From Saccostrea echinata (lineage: Eukaryota): DNA of 64,000 bases. Within the stretch, counting starts at the first letter, position 1. Each line of letters starts with the position of its first letter. Below are positions 36,496 through 49,600 of the stretch, piece by piece. Below the pieces are notes generated by a model. That model saw only the letters and a list, made by a program, of their open reading frames with translations. It ran no database searches and was not told where the DNA came from. The DNA lies in contig NW_026889807.1 of the NCBI RefSeq assembly GCF_033153115.1, positions 4,216,001 to 4,280,000 of the forward strand, given 5' to 3'. The translations under genes were made by a program, and so were the position numbers.

Positions 36496-39400
36496 AAAAA
36501 CTGGATCCGCCACCAGAAATATTCAAACGCCATTTAAATTAGTACCGTATATGCAATCCTCTCATCTGCATCTCATTAGTGATTCAGTGTCGGCAGTATA
36601 AAGTTTAAACGTCAAACACATGGACATAGAATGGTTTAAAATAAAATCAGAATTATACACGTGTCTTTATTTGCTTTAATTATGGTTTTTTTTTTTTGTT
36701 CTGCAGTGTGAGATAAAAAAAAATTGGGGCGATTTCTACGCCTTGTGCTATGGAGTACATTTGCGAAGATTTTGTGTTTATTTTTCGATATTGTTGGTTG
36801 TTAGTGCTTAATATTTGAAATGTACTTATTTTTCCGTCATATTATATTTTTTTTCTCATTACTGCTCCCTTATATGTCAAAATTAATGAAAATAAAATAT
36901 CGGGAAAATTACACAATTGCCTTTAAGGCCCCTTTCTATATAGTGCACACTGGAGATTTCCAATTTCGTGGTATTTTTATGCCAAAAGAGTGATCTGCCC
37001 TTCCACCTTGAATCAATACAATTGAAATTTCATTGTTTTTCTCAATTTGTAATCAATTCGAAAATTCTTTACAAAATCTGAAAATCTTTGAATAAATCTG
37101 AAAATCTTTCAATAAATCTGAAAATCTTTTACCAAATCTGAATGAATTATTTTGCAATTTATTTATTTAATTATAAATTAATTTATTATTAATTATTATT
37201 TTCAAATTTAAGGAAGGTTATTTCTGTTCAACAACTCTCCATTTTTTTTTAAAGTTTTTTCCCACGTGGAAAATGGTGTGCACACTATTTGAAATTAATT
37301 TACCCAATATTAACATATTTATTCAATAGCACATTTTAAAAAAAAAATACTTCCGATCTCACTTAGTTAGTTTACTTGATTCTGACGATCACCCGAACGC
37401 CCGGGTAACACGGGGGATGACTATTGAATGTGAGCCGGTCTAACGACGAAAAGTGACTCCCGTACAATGTTGACCGGGGATCATTTTTCTACGTAGAAAT
37501 TTTACCCCCTGGTCAATATTTTATGTAGAAAAATGACCGACTTTTTTGTAGAAATTATGGCCTTGGGGTCATTTTTTTTTCCATGTGGATTGTAGAAAAA
37601 TGACCCTGTAGAATAATGACCCTGAATCATTTTTTTGGAAAAAAAGAGAAAAAAAAATGCATGGTTTTGGTAGAAAAATTCTTTTTAGGTAAAATACATA
37701 AAAGTTAAATAACGCAGCTTGATGGTATGAAGTGTTCATTTCTAAAAGCTTTCAAGTTTAAATGACAAAATTAAAAGGTTATATTATACTTTACATTAAT
37801 AATACAAGATGTTTTATTCCCATTAAAGGAAGACCTAACAAGGCTATAATGATGTTTTCTGACTTTTAGAGCAAGAATACGCACATTCCTTGATTTGTTT
37901 TATCACATTTAATAAAATAAGTTTTCATAGTTGTAATTATTTAAAAAGTCAAGATCATTTTGTTAGCTGATATAAGGAAGAGACACATATAAATAAAACA
38001 TGTATAGTTTCCATAATTGTAATCCCCTTTGATTTTACTGTAGAAAAATAATGTGCAACAAGTAAAAATATAGTCTCCTTTTTTTTCTTCAGAATTGTAA
38101 GAAAGATTAAAGTTTTGGATCCCTATCCAAATTAATCTGCGTGAAAAGGAAGATTGATATGAAAATTGGATCTCGTAAATATCTTTGATTTTTTTATGAA
38201 TAAAGTCTCATTAAATAAAGGGAAGATTTAGTTTGTGAAAAAATAACACACTGTACTAAATCAATATGCCTCGAGCTCTGACCTTCGATATCAGGGGCAC
38301 AAAAAGTGATTAGCTCAAAATCTTAACCAATGCCTTGAATTTTGCCGTTTGCTAGTGTCAACAAAATGAGACTTTTTGCATCAAAACATTTGATTAATCA
38401 AAAAAAAAGGTGTTTGGTATACCAAGAATTGACACAAATCTATACACGGTAGTATCGTCTTTCCACTAGTTACTGAGTACATGTAAAAATGTTTACCAAT
38501 AAAAAAAAAAAACAAAAAAAAAAAAAAACAAAAACGAATGTTGCACTATGAAAGAAAAAACTTCGCAGTCTCAAATTTATATAATTTGTTTTTCGAGTAT
38601 TGTCATTGATTGACATTTGAAGTTGCGTGTGCAAAAATATATAGAACTGCACAAAAAAGTGTGTTGTGCTTGCTCTTATTCTTCTTTTGATAAATAGTTT
38701 TAGTGCAATATTTTTATGGTTCAATGCATAGGTGTATCCAGAAACTGGTGAAAGGTGGGGGGGGGGGGGGGGGGTAGTAGATTGAAAGCAGGTGAAAATT
38801 TAAAGGTGGGGCCTAAAACCTGTCCTTAAAATGGTTTGTGATATCATTCCTACAGTTGTATCATTGTCAGAAACATATCTGGTCAATTTCGGAACAAAAC
38901 CTTTGAGGAATAAAAACGATATATATGAATGGCTCAATTATTTTACACATTGAACACAGGATTGATAATTTATTGTAAATAAGATTGGCTTGTCTCCAAA
39001 TCATGCACTGCAGTTAGGTTCTCCACATTTTTCTCCTGTCATATAAATAAAGACTTCGGGCATTATAATTTTGGGGTTCTCAAGAAATTTCGAATTTCTG
39101 ACCTGTTCGCTCCCTCTTCCCCCCTCACCCTCGGTCCTTTTCGTAATCTAAATTCTTCCTTCAGACTAGGAATTGAATGCTTGTTTCAATTGTTTTACGA
39201 TTTTTAAACTTTATCTCTATAATGTTGCATGGCTTGAGTAGGGCGCTATGTGCTACAGAGACAATCCAGTTACTATTTTTAAGCACACATTTTGCATGGC
39301 TCTCTGTTTTATTGAGTTGCTTTACTGCTTAATTGAATGACAGAAATTTCCCCTGAAGCATGGCTAAGACCTGTTATAAGGTGAACATTTACTCAAATTA

Positions 39401-40261
39401 CACCGATGGCCCAACGGTTAATCAATTGACACTATCCATTCAAAACCGTTAAGTGGAAACCTATGGTTAGTAGAGTAGAACCATGCAACAAGTAAAATTA
39501 CATGTAGGTTTTATTAACAGTACGCATCTGAATAAAGCACCAAAAGAACATTTATATGCAATGAGAAAATATGACATACCGGGTAATGCGTAGAACAACG
39601 AGGGAGTCATAATGCAAATGCATTTTGGCTAATTCAACGCAACGACACGATGTCTGAACAGGATAAAAATTATAAATTTTAAGTAAACTGAATGCATACT
39701 AGGGAAAGGAATAGTGAATGTCAAACCCTAATTACATACCTGGTCAAATAAAATATGTTTTGTAGACCTCCTCCCTGCAAGTGGATAATTTAGGGCATCA
39801 GCCGAACATCTACTTTTCAAAGTGATACAACAAATAATATCCAACTAGGATTTCAAACTGACATATCATCTTCCTTGCATGTTAGTAAACATATAAGTAT
39901 TGTTCTTGAAGCATATAAAACTCTTCTTCATTAAATACGCAAACAACGCAATGATCTAATTGTGAACTGGGAAGCAGTATTTTCTGTTGTGTGAAGTTAT
40001 CGCCCTTATTATATTAAAATGAATTCATTTATTGCAAAAATAAACAATTCTACGAAATTCATTTTAAAGTATATTGATCAAGAATAAACAATTTATAATT
40101 TCTTTTAAGAAATCGATTAAAATATTCTCATTGTTTTAGAATAAGTATTTTCCCCAGTAGTTTTTATTGTAAATGAATTATAAAACATCTATGTATTTTG
40201 CTTATATATAGTTTGTTTCAGAAAAACAAAACGTAACTGAGTTAAACAGACAAGAAAAAAT

Positions 40262-40925
40262 AAAGAGAGGGATATGGAGTGAGGTGAGAGAATGGGGAGA
40301 TAGACAGGAGAGAGAGAAAGAGAGAGTGGAGAAGGGGAGAGAGAGAGAGTGGGGGAGAGAGTTGGGGAGTGGGAGAGGGCGTGGGGAGAGAGAATGGAGA
40401 GTGAGTGGGGAGAGGGAGTTGGGGAGAGGAAGTTTGGGAGTGGGAGAAAAAGTGGGGGGAGAGAGAGAAAGTGGAGAGGGGGTCGGAGAGAGAGAGAGAG
40501 AGTGGATGGGAGAGAGATGGGGCTTGAGAGAGAGTGAGGAGAGACTGAGGGTAGAGAGAATGGAGAGTGAGTGGGGAGACAGAGTGGGGAGAGGGAGACA
40601 GTGGGAGAGAGAGAATGGGGAAGAGAGGAGATGATGAGAGAGTGTGGAGAGAAAGTGAGGGGGATAAAGTGGGGAGGGGGTCGGAGAGAGAGTGGAAGGA
40701 TAGAGAGGGAAGGGGGAGAGAGATGGGGCGTGAGAGAGAGTAAGGAGAGAAATGGGAGGTTGGGAGTGAGAGAGAATGAGGAGGGGAGGACGTGGAGAGG
40801 GGTCAAATAGAGAGAGAGAGAAAGAGAGAGAGTGGTGAAAGAGTGGGACGGGAGTGTAGGGAGGGAGTGGGGAGGGAGTGATTGTGCGAGTGAGAGAGGA
40901 GGGAGAGAGTGGGGAGAGGAAGAGT
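40262..40925. repeat. Purine-rich (GA/GGGA) low-complexity tract
   Basis: About 660 bp that is almost entirely G/A on the + strand. Confidence 0.9.
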
Positions 40926-41581
40926 ATGCTCTACACATGAACATTTTCTTAAATATGGTAAGTTACTGACAAATTAAGAAAAAAAATATCAATAGTCTCT
41001 TTTAAAGTAATCATTTTGTAAGTTCTATGGTCGATACAATGACCTTGTTAGTAAAAACAATCTATCATTAAGTCAAATCCTGACGGACGATTTTCATACA
41101 AATTGTTAGGCCTTTACTTACACACTGAATTGTCGACAGATTTTCCTTCTGATGTTAGAGGTCCTTGCTTGCTGTAGTCCTGATTTGTACTGTTCGTTAT
41201 CACCATATTTCATGAATTATTTCAAGCTTATGCACGGCATGCAGGGATCTAGATGGGCTTCATTTAAACTTACGGGTATCTGATTTCTTGAAAGTGGTAA
41301 CAACCTGTGCATTTTGTGATTATTAAAGATGTAATGTTAAGTAACAATAATATTAAAAGTGTGATGGTACCATACATTGTGGTTTAGTAAAAGCATAATA
41401 TTTTTGCTAATACAATACAGTAACAACGTTTATCCTGTATACTTTCTTTAAACGGCATTAAATAATGACAAATCAGTGTTTGGTTAACAAATAATTTTTC
41501 AAAAGGTTATTTTAATAATGTTCACTCCTGTTGGGAATTGTTAAGGTTCATCGACACTGATAAGAGAGATAACTCTAATTG

Positions 41582-41615
<34 letters not shown>

Positions 41616-42110
41616 ATTATCCATTTATAAGTTGTCATCTTAGGTCATCTCCGTCGACTTTTACCTCAGTGTATGCTGATGGTGTATACATTTTTTATTA
41701 AAAGGGTTAAAGCAACATTTTAATTAAGTGAAGAGGGGAGGGCGGATGATGAACTTAAATACCCAAACCCACGAACTTATCCGAACAAATCCATGATAAA
41801 AATTGCCTTTAATTATTATTGTTATTTTGTGAAGTTTGTGATTACAAATTATTTCTTTTAAGCCAAGTATTCCTATAGAGACGATAGTTTGTTTTGTTAG
41901 GCATTTGCTTGTACTAGAATTTGAAATTTATCAAGAAATTGTTGAAATATGAATTTCATGTATTACACTTTATTATAGGCATTTCATTTCTTAGTGAGGG
42001 GTAGAAGTAAATGGTTATTATTGTCATCTACTTTCAGAAATACTCAAGAACACAACCTTGTCCTGGTATTTTCTACTTTTATAATGTTAAAGTCACATTT
42101 CCCACAATGT

Positions 42111-44393
42111 TTAATCATCAACCCTTATTTCAGCTGATCTAAAGTCATTGTCATGGGATCTTAATGTATCTCCAAGTTTGGATCGAAAGGCTGTTACTTC
42201 ATCCTTATCTCCACCCTCTGGAAATTCTATATAAGATTTTGATTCAATCAAATCCATGAATGAGAATGGTATTTTTTTCATGGCGCCTTTCTCTAATGCC
42301 ACCAAAAACAAAACGTTTTCTCCATTTCGGGAATAAATGGCTTCCATACGTGCCATGTTAAGTTCAAACATGCACCAGTATGATTGTAAAAAATGTGAAG
42401 TTATGACACAGACGGTTTTCCTGCTATAATGAATAGCGTTCGTGATATTATCGGCTATCCCTGTTCCTGGGATGAAATCACGATGATGTATACACAGCCT
42501 TAAATTGAATTCTTTTTCCAAACGTTTAACAAGGTCGATCACAAATATTCTGTCTTTGTCAGCATAAGATAAAAATGCATCAAAATAATACTGATCGTCT
42601 AATGTATCTGGTCTCTGAACATCGTCTTTATATTTTTCCCTCGCCACGTAATACATATATCTCAGTTTCCATCTATATCTATAAAGAATACGGCTGATGG
42701 TGATTGTTAAGAGGACGATTATTAATGACGTCATAATGACGATGATGAGAGTATACGAGGAACACTGCTTCTCCATCAATTGTAGTAACTCGATATTTGA
42801 GAATCGAATTCTTGAGGAATTGGAAAAAGTACACAAATAATCATCTAAATGAAGAAAAACAACATTCTTTGATTTGAGCACCCATTTCATAAATTCTAAG
42901 TTTTCACAATTACATCTTAATTTGTTGCTCTTCAAATTCACAGAGACAAGCCTCTCTTGTGATATTGCATCTAGCATATTTCTAGTTTCCGTATTCATGG
43001 TAGATATCTGGTTATTGGAGAGGTCTAGGTGAGACAAACGAACCATTTGATTGATTGGTACTGTAAACTCACTCAGAGAATTATAACTGAGATTAAGAAT
43101 CTCTATTTGTTTGAGATTCCGAAATATTTTCGTAGGAAGTCGGACGATTCTGTTTCGTGTAAGGTTTAACGAGTTCAACGTACGGAGATTTTGGAATATT
43201 TTACCGTCAATGTCATTTTCCAGATTTTCACCAAGAGCATTATGTGAGAGATCAAGATAACACAAGTTCTTGAAATCTTCGAAAAATCTTGGTGAGATAT
43301 TGCTGCAAAAATTGTTGGAGAGGTCCATATAAACTACATTGTCTATGCCTGTAATAGGTCCATTCATCTCATAGATAATATTGTTCTGCAAGTATACCTT
43401 TGACAATGCAGATTTTGTTACAGAAGTAAAAGCAAAGTCTTGAAGAGTCATTTTATACAAGTTGTCATGAAAATACAAAGATTTTAATTTAGGTGGCAAG
43501 TAGATTGTTATGTTTTTAGGTCTTAGTAGGGATGAAAATCGTCTATTGTTCGAAACCAAATTTCCATGCTGGTTTTCTGACATAGTGGCACAAACCGGCC
43601 TAGTATCATTGCAGCCAATGAAAAAATCTTTTATTTTTAGTTGATGGAAAGAGGACTGAAAACTTGCATTTAGTGTCACCATGTTGTCCATCACACCGAA
43701 CTCAGCAAGATATAATCCAAAACTGAGTACGTTATTGGCCAAATTCAGATGCTTCAGTGACTTGGGTAGCTCAGTGAGAACACCTAGTTCCAGGCTGTTG
43801 ATGCGATTTGAAGCCAGGTTAAGGTCCTCCAACTGTGTATACTTTAGGTAAGCAGTGTGATATCTTTTTACAATGAAACTAACCCCGTACGTGCACTGCA
43901 GTTTCTCAAAATTCAACACTCGGATTGAAGCAGAATTTCTAAAATCACTCGATATATTGGCCACAACCTCTAAAGTTAGTTCCTGATTACCGGAAATATC
44001 AAGATGCAATAAATTTGAAGAGTTTTTAAAGGAACCCAGTTCAATCGTCTGAAGAGAGTTTTCCGAAATGCTTAAATTCCTCAGATATTTATATTTTACC
44101 AATGATTGTTGATCAATGTTTCTCAGCTGATTCCGAGAGACATCCAAGTACCGGATGTTAAAAGGAAGGTTGGCAGGAAAAGTAGAAAGTTCATTGTTAG
44201 CAAGATTTATTCCTATGACGTCACTGTTAAAAGATGGTGCAGATTTGAGATCTAGATATTCACATTTTGCCCATAATTGTCCATTTACTCTATAACACAC
44301 GCAGTGTTTGTTTGACGAACAACTCAAAGCTTTTATTCGTATCATTGTCATAATAGTGAGTAAAAATCCCAATTCAAATGCTGCACATTCCAT
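42111..44393 (-). CDS. Toll-like receptor (LRR-LRRCT-TM-TIR), single-cysteine-cluster type, about 760 aa
   Basis: Signal-like N terminus, Cys-containing N-cap and many LxxLxLxxN repeats. LRRCT NKLRCNCENLEFMKW, then a TM helix. TIR box 1 YFDAFLSYAD and BB loop CIHHRDFIPG. The ATG at 44393 follows the acceptor-like tgtag|g; the ORF-track start at 44453 is not an ATG. Confidence 0.95.
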   Translation of the reverse strand: MECAAFELGFLLTIMTMIRIKALSCSSNKHCVCYRVNGQLWAKCEYLDLKSAPSFNSDVIGINLANNELSTFPANLPFNIRYLDVSRNQLRNIDQQSLVKYKYLRNLSISENSLQTIELGSFKNSSNLLHLDISGNQELTLEVVANISSDFRNSASIRVLNFEKLQCTYGVSFIVKRYHTAYLKYTQLEDLNLASNRINSLELGVLTELPKSLKHLNLANNVLSFGLYLAEFGVMDNMVTLNASFQSSFHQLKIKDFFIGCNDTRPVCATMSENQHGNLVSNNRRFSSLLRPKNITIYLPPKLKSLYFHDNLYKMTLQDFAFTSVTKSALSKVYLQNNIIYEMNGPITGIDNVVYMDLSNNFCSNISPRFFEDFKNLCYLDLSHNALGENLENDIDGKIFQNLRTLNSLNLTRNRIVRLPTKIFRNLKQIEILNLSYNSLSEFTVPINQMVRLSHLDLSNNQISTMNTETRNMLDAISQERLVSVNLKSNKLRCNCENLEFMKWVLKSKNVVFLHLDDYLCTFSNSSRIRFSNIELLQLMEKQCSSYTLIIVIMTSLIIVLLTITISRILYRYRWKLRYMYYVAREKYKDDVQRPDTLDDQYYFDAFLSYADKDRIFVIDLVKRLEKEFNLRLCIHHRDFIPGTGIADNITNAIHYSRKTVCVITSHFLQSYWCMFELNMARMEAIYSRNGENVLFLVALEKGAMKKIPFSFMDLIESKSYIEFPEGGDKDEVTAFRSKLGDTLRSHDNDFRSAEIRVDD

Positions 44394-45053
44394 CCTACAA
44401 AAGATTAAAATCACAAAAAGAATCAGCCCTCTCCCACCTCTTTTGACTAACACTTATTTAAATAAAGTAAAAATAGTATATTCCTCAGAAATCATATCCC
44501 ATTTTATATATACAAGAAAATCATTCTTCTTTATTGCTTTTAGCTTTACTGGTTATCGGTAAATACAAAGCATTAATGAAAATATAGTACAAAAGTATAG
44601 AAATTTGCACGTACAGGTTTAAATATCATTTAAGGTGGATAGGAATGCTTTCATACTAAAATAGATGTTACAAACAATAGGAAATAGCAAAATCAATGAC
44701 AATTTAAAAGTAAGTTATGAAAATACTGTTTTTTTTTTTTACAATTCTTGAGAAAGTATTCAAGCAAAGTCGCCATTCGAATACGTAAAAAAAGTCAATG
44801 AAAACATAACGAGCGTTCTCAATATATATTGATATAGAAACACTGAAATTTATGCTAAAAAATAAAGTCTTATTTGTATTCGGATTCGAAAGTGTTGTAT
44901 TAAAAATTATTCAGGCTAGAGTTAATAAAAGTGTCACAAATATTATCATTGCAATTTTTCGAACAAGGAAGTTTGAATTTGTAAAGAGCTTGATTATATA
45001 CCGGTTCATACTGAGAGTTCTTGTTTAAAAAGCCAATGTACATGTCTCTAAAA

Positions 45054-45100
<47 letters not shown>

Positions 45101-46612
45101 AATGAAAGTTATGCAACCTTGCCTGTAAATGATTAACCCATGTGCTCCCAATATTAGTTCATATTTTTCAGACAAATGCTGTCTTTGAGCTCACATTCCC
45201 ATTTTAAGGATTCTGCTGTTTATGCTGAGGAGTCAATCATTTTACAGAATTTAACTCCACTTGTTTTATTTTTTGCCCACTAGCCCCATTTTATCTTTTC
45301 CTATTTTTATTCCTTTCTCAACATATATTAAAAAAGGTATTTCCAGAAAATGTTTTCAGAGAAAAATTCTCGATTAGTTATCTATAAAAAGTCCCAAGAA
45401 GTCGGGTTTCCCTCCAAGTTTTCAATGCCATATGCTTAGTGACTCATATTTTTTTCCCCTAATTTGTTTCAAATAATGAATACATCGAATTAAAGTGTCA
45501 AAAATGAAAAGTTTAATTCAAGTTTTCTCAGCAGAATACATCTTTAAAATATTTGAAGAGATTGTTAAAATGCCATTACAACCGCAATATGCTCGATTAT
45601 AATCATCAGTCTTGATTACATGTCTAAAATTTTGTAACGAAAACTTTTCAATGTACACAGACCTTTTAGATCTTCCTGGTTCTGTCGCTGTTGGCCATCG
45701 GTCACTGGGTGGTCAGGTAAATAAACACATTCTGTAAGATAAAATACCACATGAATTTAAATCCCCAATATATTCACATTATAAAGGCCGTGAAGTGAAG
45801 TTTAACGTTAAGGTCAATGGCAGATTTATAGGCAGCCACAAAAAAAGATTGTCTATTTTTGTGAGTCATTGATAACTGCGGGAAAAATGTACTGAATCAA
45901 ATGTTCTAAATCAAAGTTAAGGTACCTTTGACAATTGAAACGCACACCAGGTCGGATTATGTTGATCTTAAGGTAGCTTTCTTTGGGTAGCCTTTGCATT
46001 AAACACCGCCATATCCTACTATATAGATAAAATCATTGAAAAAAGTTCTTACTTAGAATTTAATACTACATGATATTTTTGAACTTCTGTAGTTTGACTT
46101 TTAGATTATTTGACTTATGTCTGTTTACAATTATAAAGTTGATTGCGGTTGTTTTGCAGTTGCTTTTTTTTCTCCACCGATATCTCCTTATATAATAACT
46201 TACGATCAAGAAAATAAGAAAGTGTATTCCGCTTATATCTCTAAAAACGAAGAGAAAGAATTCCAAACATTTTTATTCAGAGTTTCGATCGTTTTGTATT
46301 TTTCAATTTTACTGTTAGATATATCTTTTTTAGACATTCAGTTCGATCATTATTCACAATTAAAAAAAAATACTATTGGGTGTTAAATGGGAAATTCAAC
46401 TCTTCACATTCTATAATTCAACCTTAGAAATCATCTGAAAATTCTTAAAAGTGACTAAAGGATAAACTACGTGTTATTATCATCAGGATGTTCCAGCAGA
46501 TTCTCGTCTCGTGATGACTTAAACAAGGGCGATGGAGGGGGTGGGGTGATTTAATAAACAAAAAATGTTTTCCATGGTTGTTATTGAATGGGAATTCATG
46601 GTGCAGCTGATG

Positions 46613-46663
<51 letters not shown>

Positions 46664-49600
46664 ATAATCTGCATAAGCGCGTGGAGTATTTTTTCTTCAA
46701 TACCTACAACGTTAATTCCTTTACCAACAAACAAAAAAGACATGTTATTGTTTATATTTATATCTGTATTAATAATCGTCTAAAGTAGGTGAAGTACGTT
46801 AAATATTATATGTTTCAAGAGGTCAATAAATCTATAAAGGTGATATGCTTAGTGACGTTTACTGACTGATAAACGATCATGACTTTCTTAAGAAATAAAG
46901 GAGATAATATTCAGTGGATGTAAATATTGCAAGGTAAGAAATCGAATATCTACAGTATACACACAGTAAGGAAACAGTATAACGCATTTGCTATATTTTT
47001 CTATTTGAATTTTTTAATTGTCCTCTTGAATTATTTATTTCTATTCTTTATTTCGTTTTCATATTGCATCGATTTTTTTTTGTGAAATAAAAGTATACCA
47101 TATTCTAATTAAAGAATACAAATAAATTTTGTTATCGAATACAAAATTAATGAAAAATTAATGCTTCTTGAAACGCTATTTTATATAAGTGATGCATTAT
47201 ACAATCTAAATTTAAATGATGGGATGTAACTGAAGGAATATAGAAATGTAGATTCCATAATCTGTGCCAGTTAGTCATCGATTTTTTTTTCCAAATTGAA
47301 TTCCTTAACGTTTTTTTTTTGGTCAATTGGCGCTAGGTTTGCTTTCAATGAAGATTGAAAATCATAAAATTATAGAATACAGATAAAAAAAAATTACATA
47401 GCAAATGAAATATCATACAAAACGCTTGAAGAAATTATTATATATATCAACAAATCGTACGCCGTAGAACTTTAAAATTATTTTAATTTAAATAACCTAT
47501 AAATCTTTAAAAAAAATTCATTCATCAATCATGTTTGATATTATTGATTTATAAACTATTTATTATTTTGAATTTTACGTTTCATTCCCTCTCTTTTCAA
47601 CTAATTCTGTATCATAATAAAATATCATTGACATGAAAGGGAGAAGATCCATACTTTTTGATATCACATTTATTTTTCATGTATATAATGAAAAGTACTT
47701 ATATACCCTAAACACGTGACTCAAGTTATGTTAGTGTAAGAAACTAATAATTAGCACAGGCTTTGGCACGTGATGACTCTATGTAAAAGACCCAACAATC
47801 TCTTCTAGGAAGCACTTACAAATCGACAGATCAGACAAGATTCTTCTTTTACATACATAAGACAAGTTACACCTACAAAATACATATTGTGAAAGTTAAC
47901 GATTATTTGATTGCGAGCAAATTATATAACCTTATTCTCAATGACAATCCCTGGCGCGTCCTCAGTGATATACTGAAGTGATCGATTACACAATATCTTA
48001 AAGTGTACAGCAAAGTGTTTGTGATACGCCGCTCTCCTCAAAAACAAGGATTGTAAAGAAGAGTGTCGGAAACACTTGACTAGCGAGGTTGATTCTCGAG
48101 ACATACCACATAAAGTCTTATTTATGCAAACCAAGTACTGCTGTAGATTATGAAGAAAGAGTTTAGAAATGTATAGTTTTCATATGAAGTCCTTGTTTTT
48201 CTTAGGGTCCTATTTCTCAGTTGATGAATTTGTACAATGGGTTCTAAATGTCTGTCTTGGTCTCATTTCCGAATTAATGAATAAATATGTTCAATGTTTC
48301 AAAAGTAAGTAGAAAAATATTTTATTGTTCTATTCAAATTGAATTTTGCTACTAAATACCCTGTGTAAAAAGAAAAAAAGCTTATCATAAGGCGCGAAAT
48401 CAACAAATCAAATCGCGATAACTTTTCTTCGCGTAATACACGAGATGATCTGCTTACGGAAATGTCATTCCAGCATTTATTTTTATTATATAACAATACC
48501 CAAAATTCATGTACATGTATATTTTGACTCAAATCCCTTTAGAACGCTAAATGCATATCTTGCAAAATGAAAGTGTCGCTAAAATTAGGTAATCTACAGT
48601 ACAATTTATGTGTGAAATGTCATTTTAACAATTCTGGTGAGTTTCCTTATTCCTACGATCAAGGAAACGGTGTGATAGAAAACAAATGATATATGATGCA
48701 TAGAACAATAATATAAAAAGCAAAGAACTTAACGCTCTGTAAGGTTATAATCCCCTCTTTTTACAAATTAAGAATTAAGTAATAAAAAAATGTGAAGTTC
48801 TGAATTTTTTTGTAAGATACATTGTCATGAACTGATCTTGCATAACATCATATATGTATTGCTGTTCGTTATATAATGATAGAGAGTTTAAGTAAAAAGT
48901 TATATACACTGAATAACTTATACCTACCTCAACAGATTCGGCCTTTAGATTTTTTTTATGAAACAAGTCAGTCATACACATATCCACAATTTAGGATAAT
49001 AACGTGATATTTAATATCACGTCTCGTGGAAAGACACAGTCAAGTAGGAGGTCAAAACACTCCAGTAAACAGATGCGTACTGTGCATTTCCTTTTCCATC
49101 CCTATAGCATACGAACACTGATAAAATACGGTTAAGTTCATTAATGGTACAACACGTAGAAACTGATTTATTTACTGAAAGTTCAGAATTGTCCATGTCC
49201 GCAAATAACGAAATACATGTAATTTAAGACATATTGATAGAAATGGAAGAAATAAAACAAAAAAGAAACTAAAAAAAAAAAATACTAAACGTTGTAAAAA
49301 TTACAAGTTTTTTTCTATATCAGATATTGTCCTAATGCGAAATGTGCAATATATCATCATAAAATCATCATATTGAAAGGCAAGCTTGAAAGCAAGCATC
49401 GTGTAACCTATAGCAACCGGCGACAGGGGGACCTGCCCCATTCCTTATAATTTCCCAAGATATATTCAACAAAGATAATTAATAATAAAAACTGATAGCC
49501 TTTTTTCTCTTGCTTGTTAAAGAGTTAGGATGTGTCCCTCCGGCCCCTCTCCCACCGAAAAAAAATCTAAAATTGTTTCATAGTACATAAAATCATACAA

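Noticed and set aside
40189-40944. 251-aa Ser/Leu/Pro-rich ORF and the overlapping Glu/Arg/Gly-rich ORFs
   Set aside because: These are translations of a low-complexity GA-rich tract.
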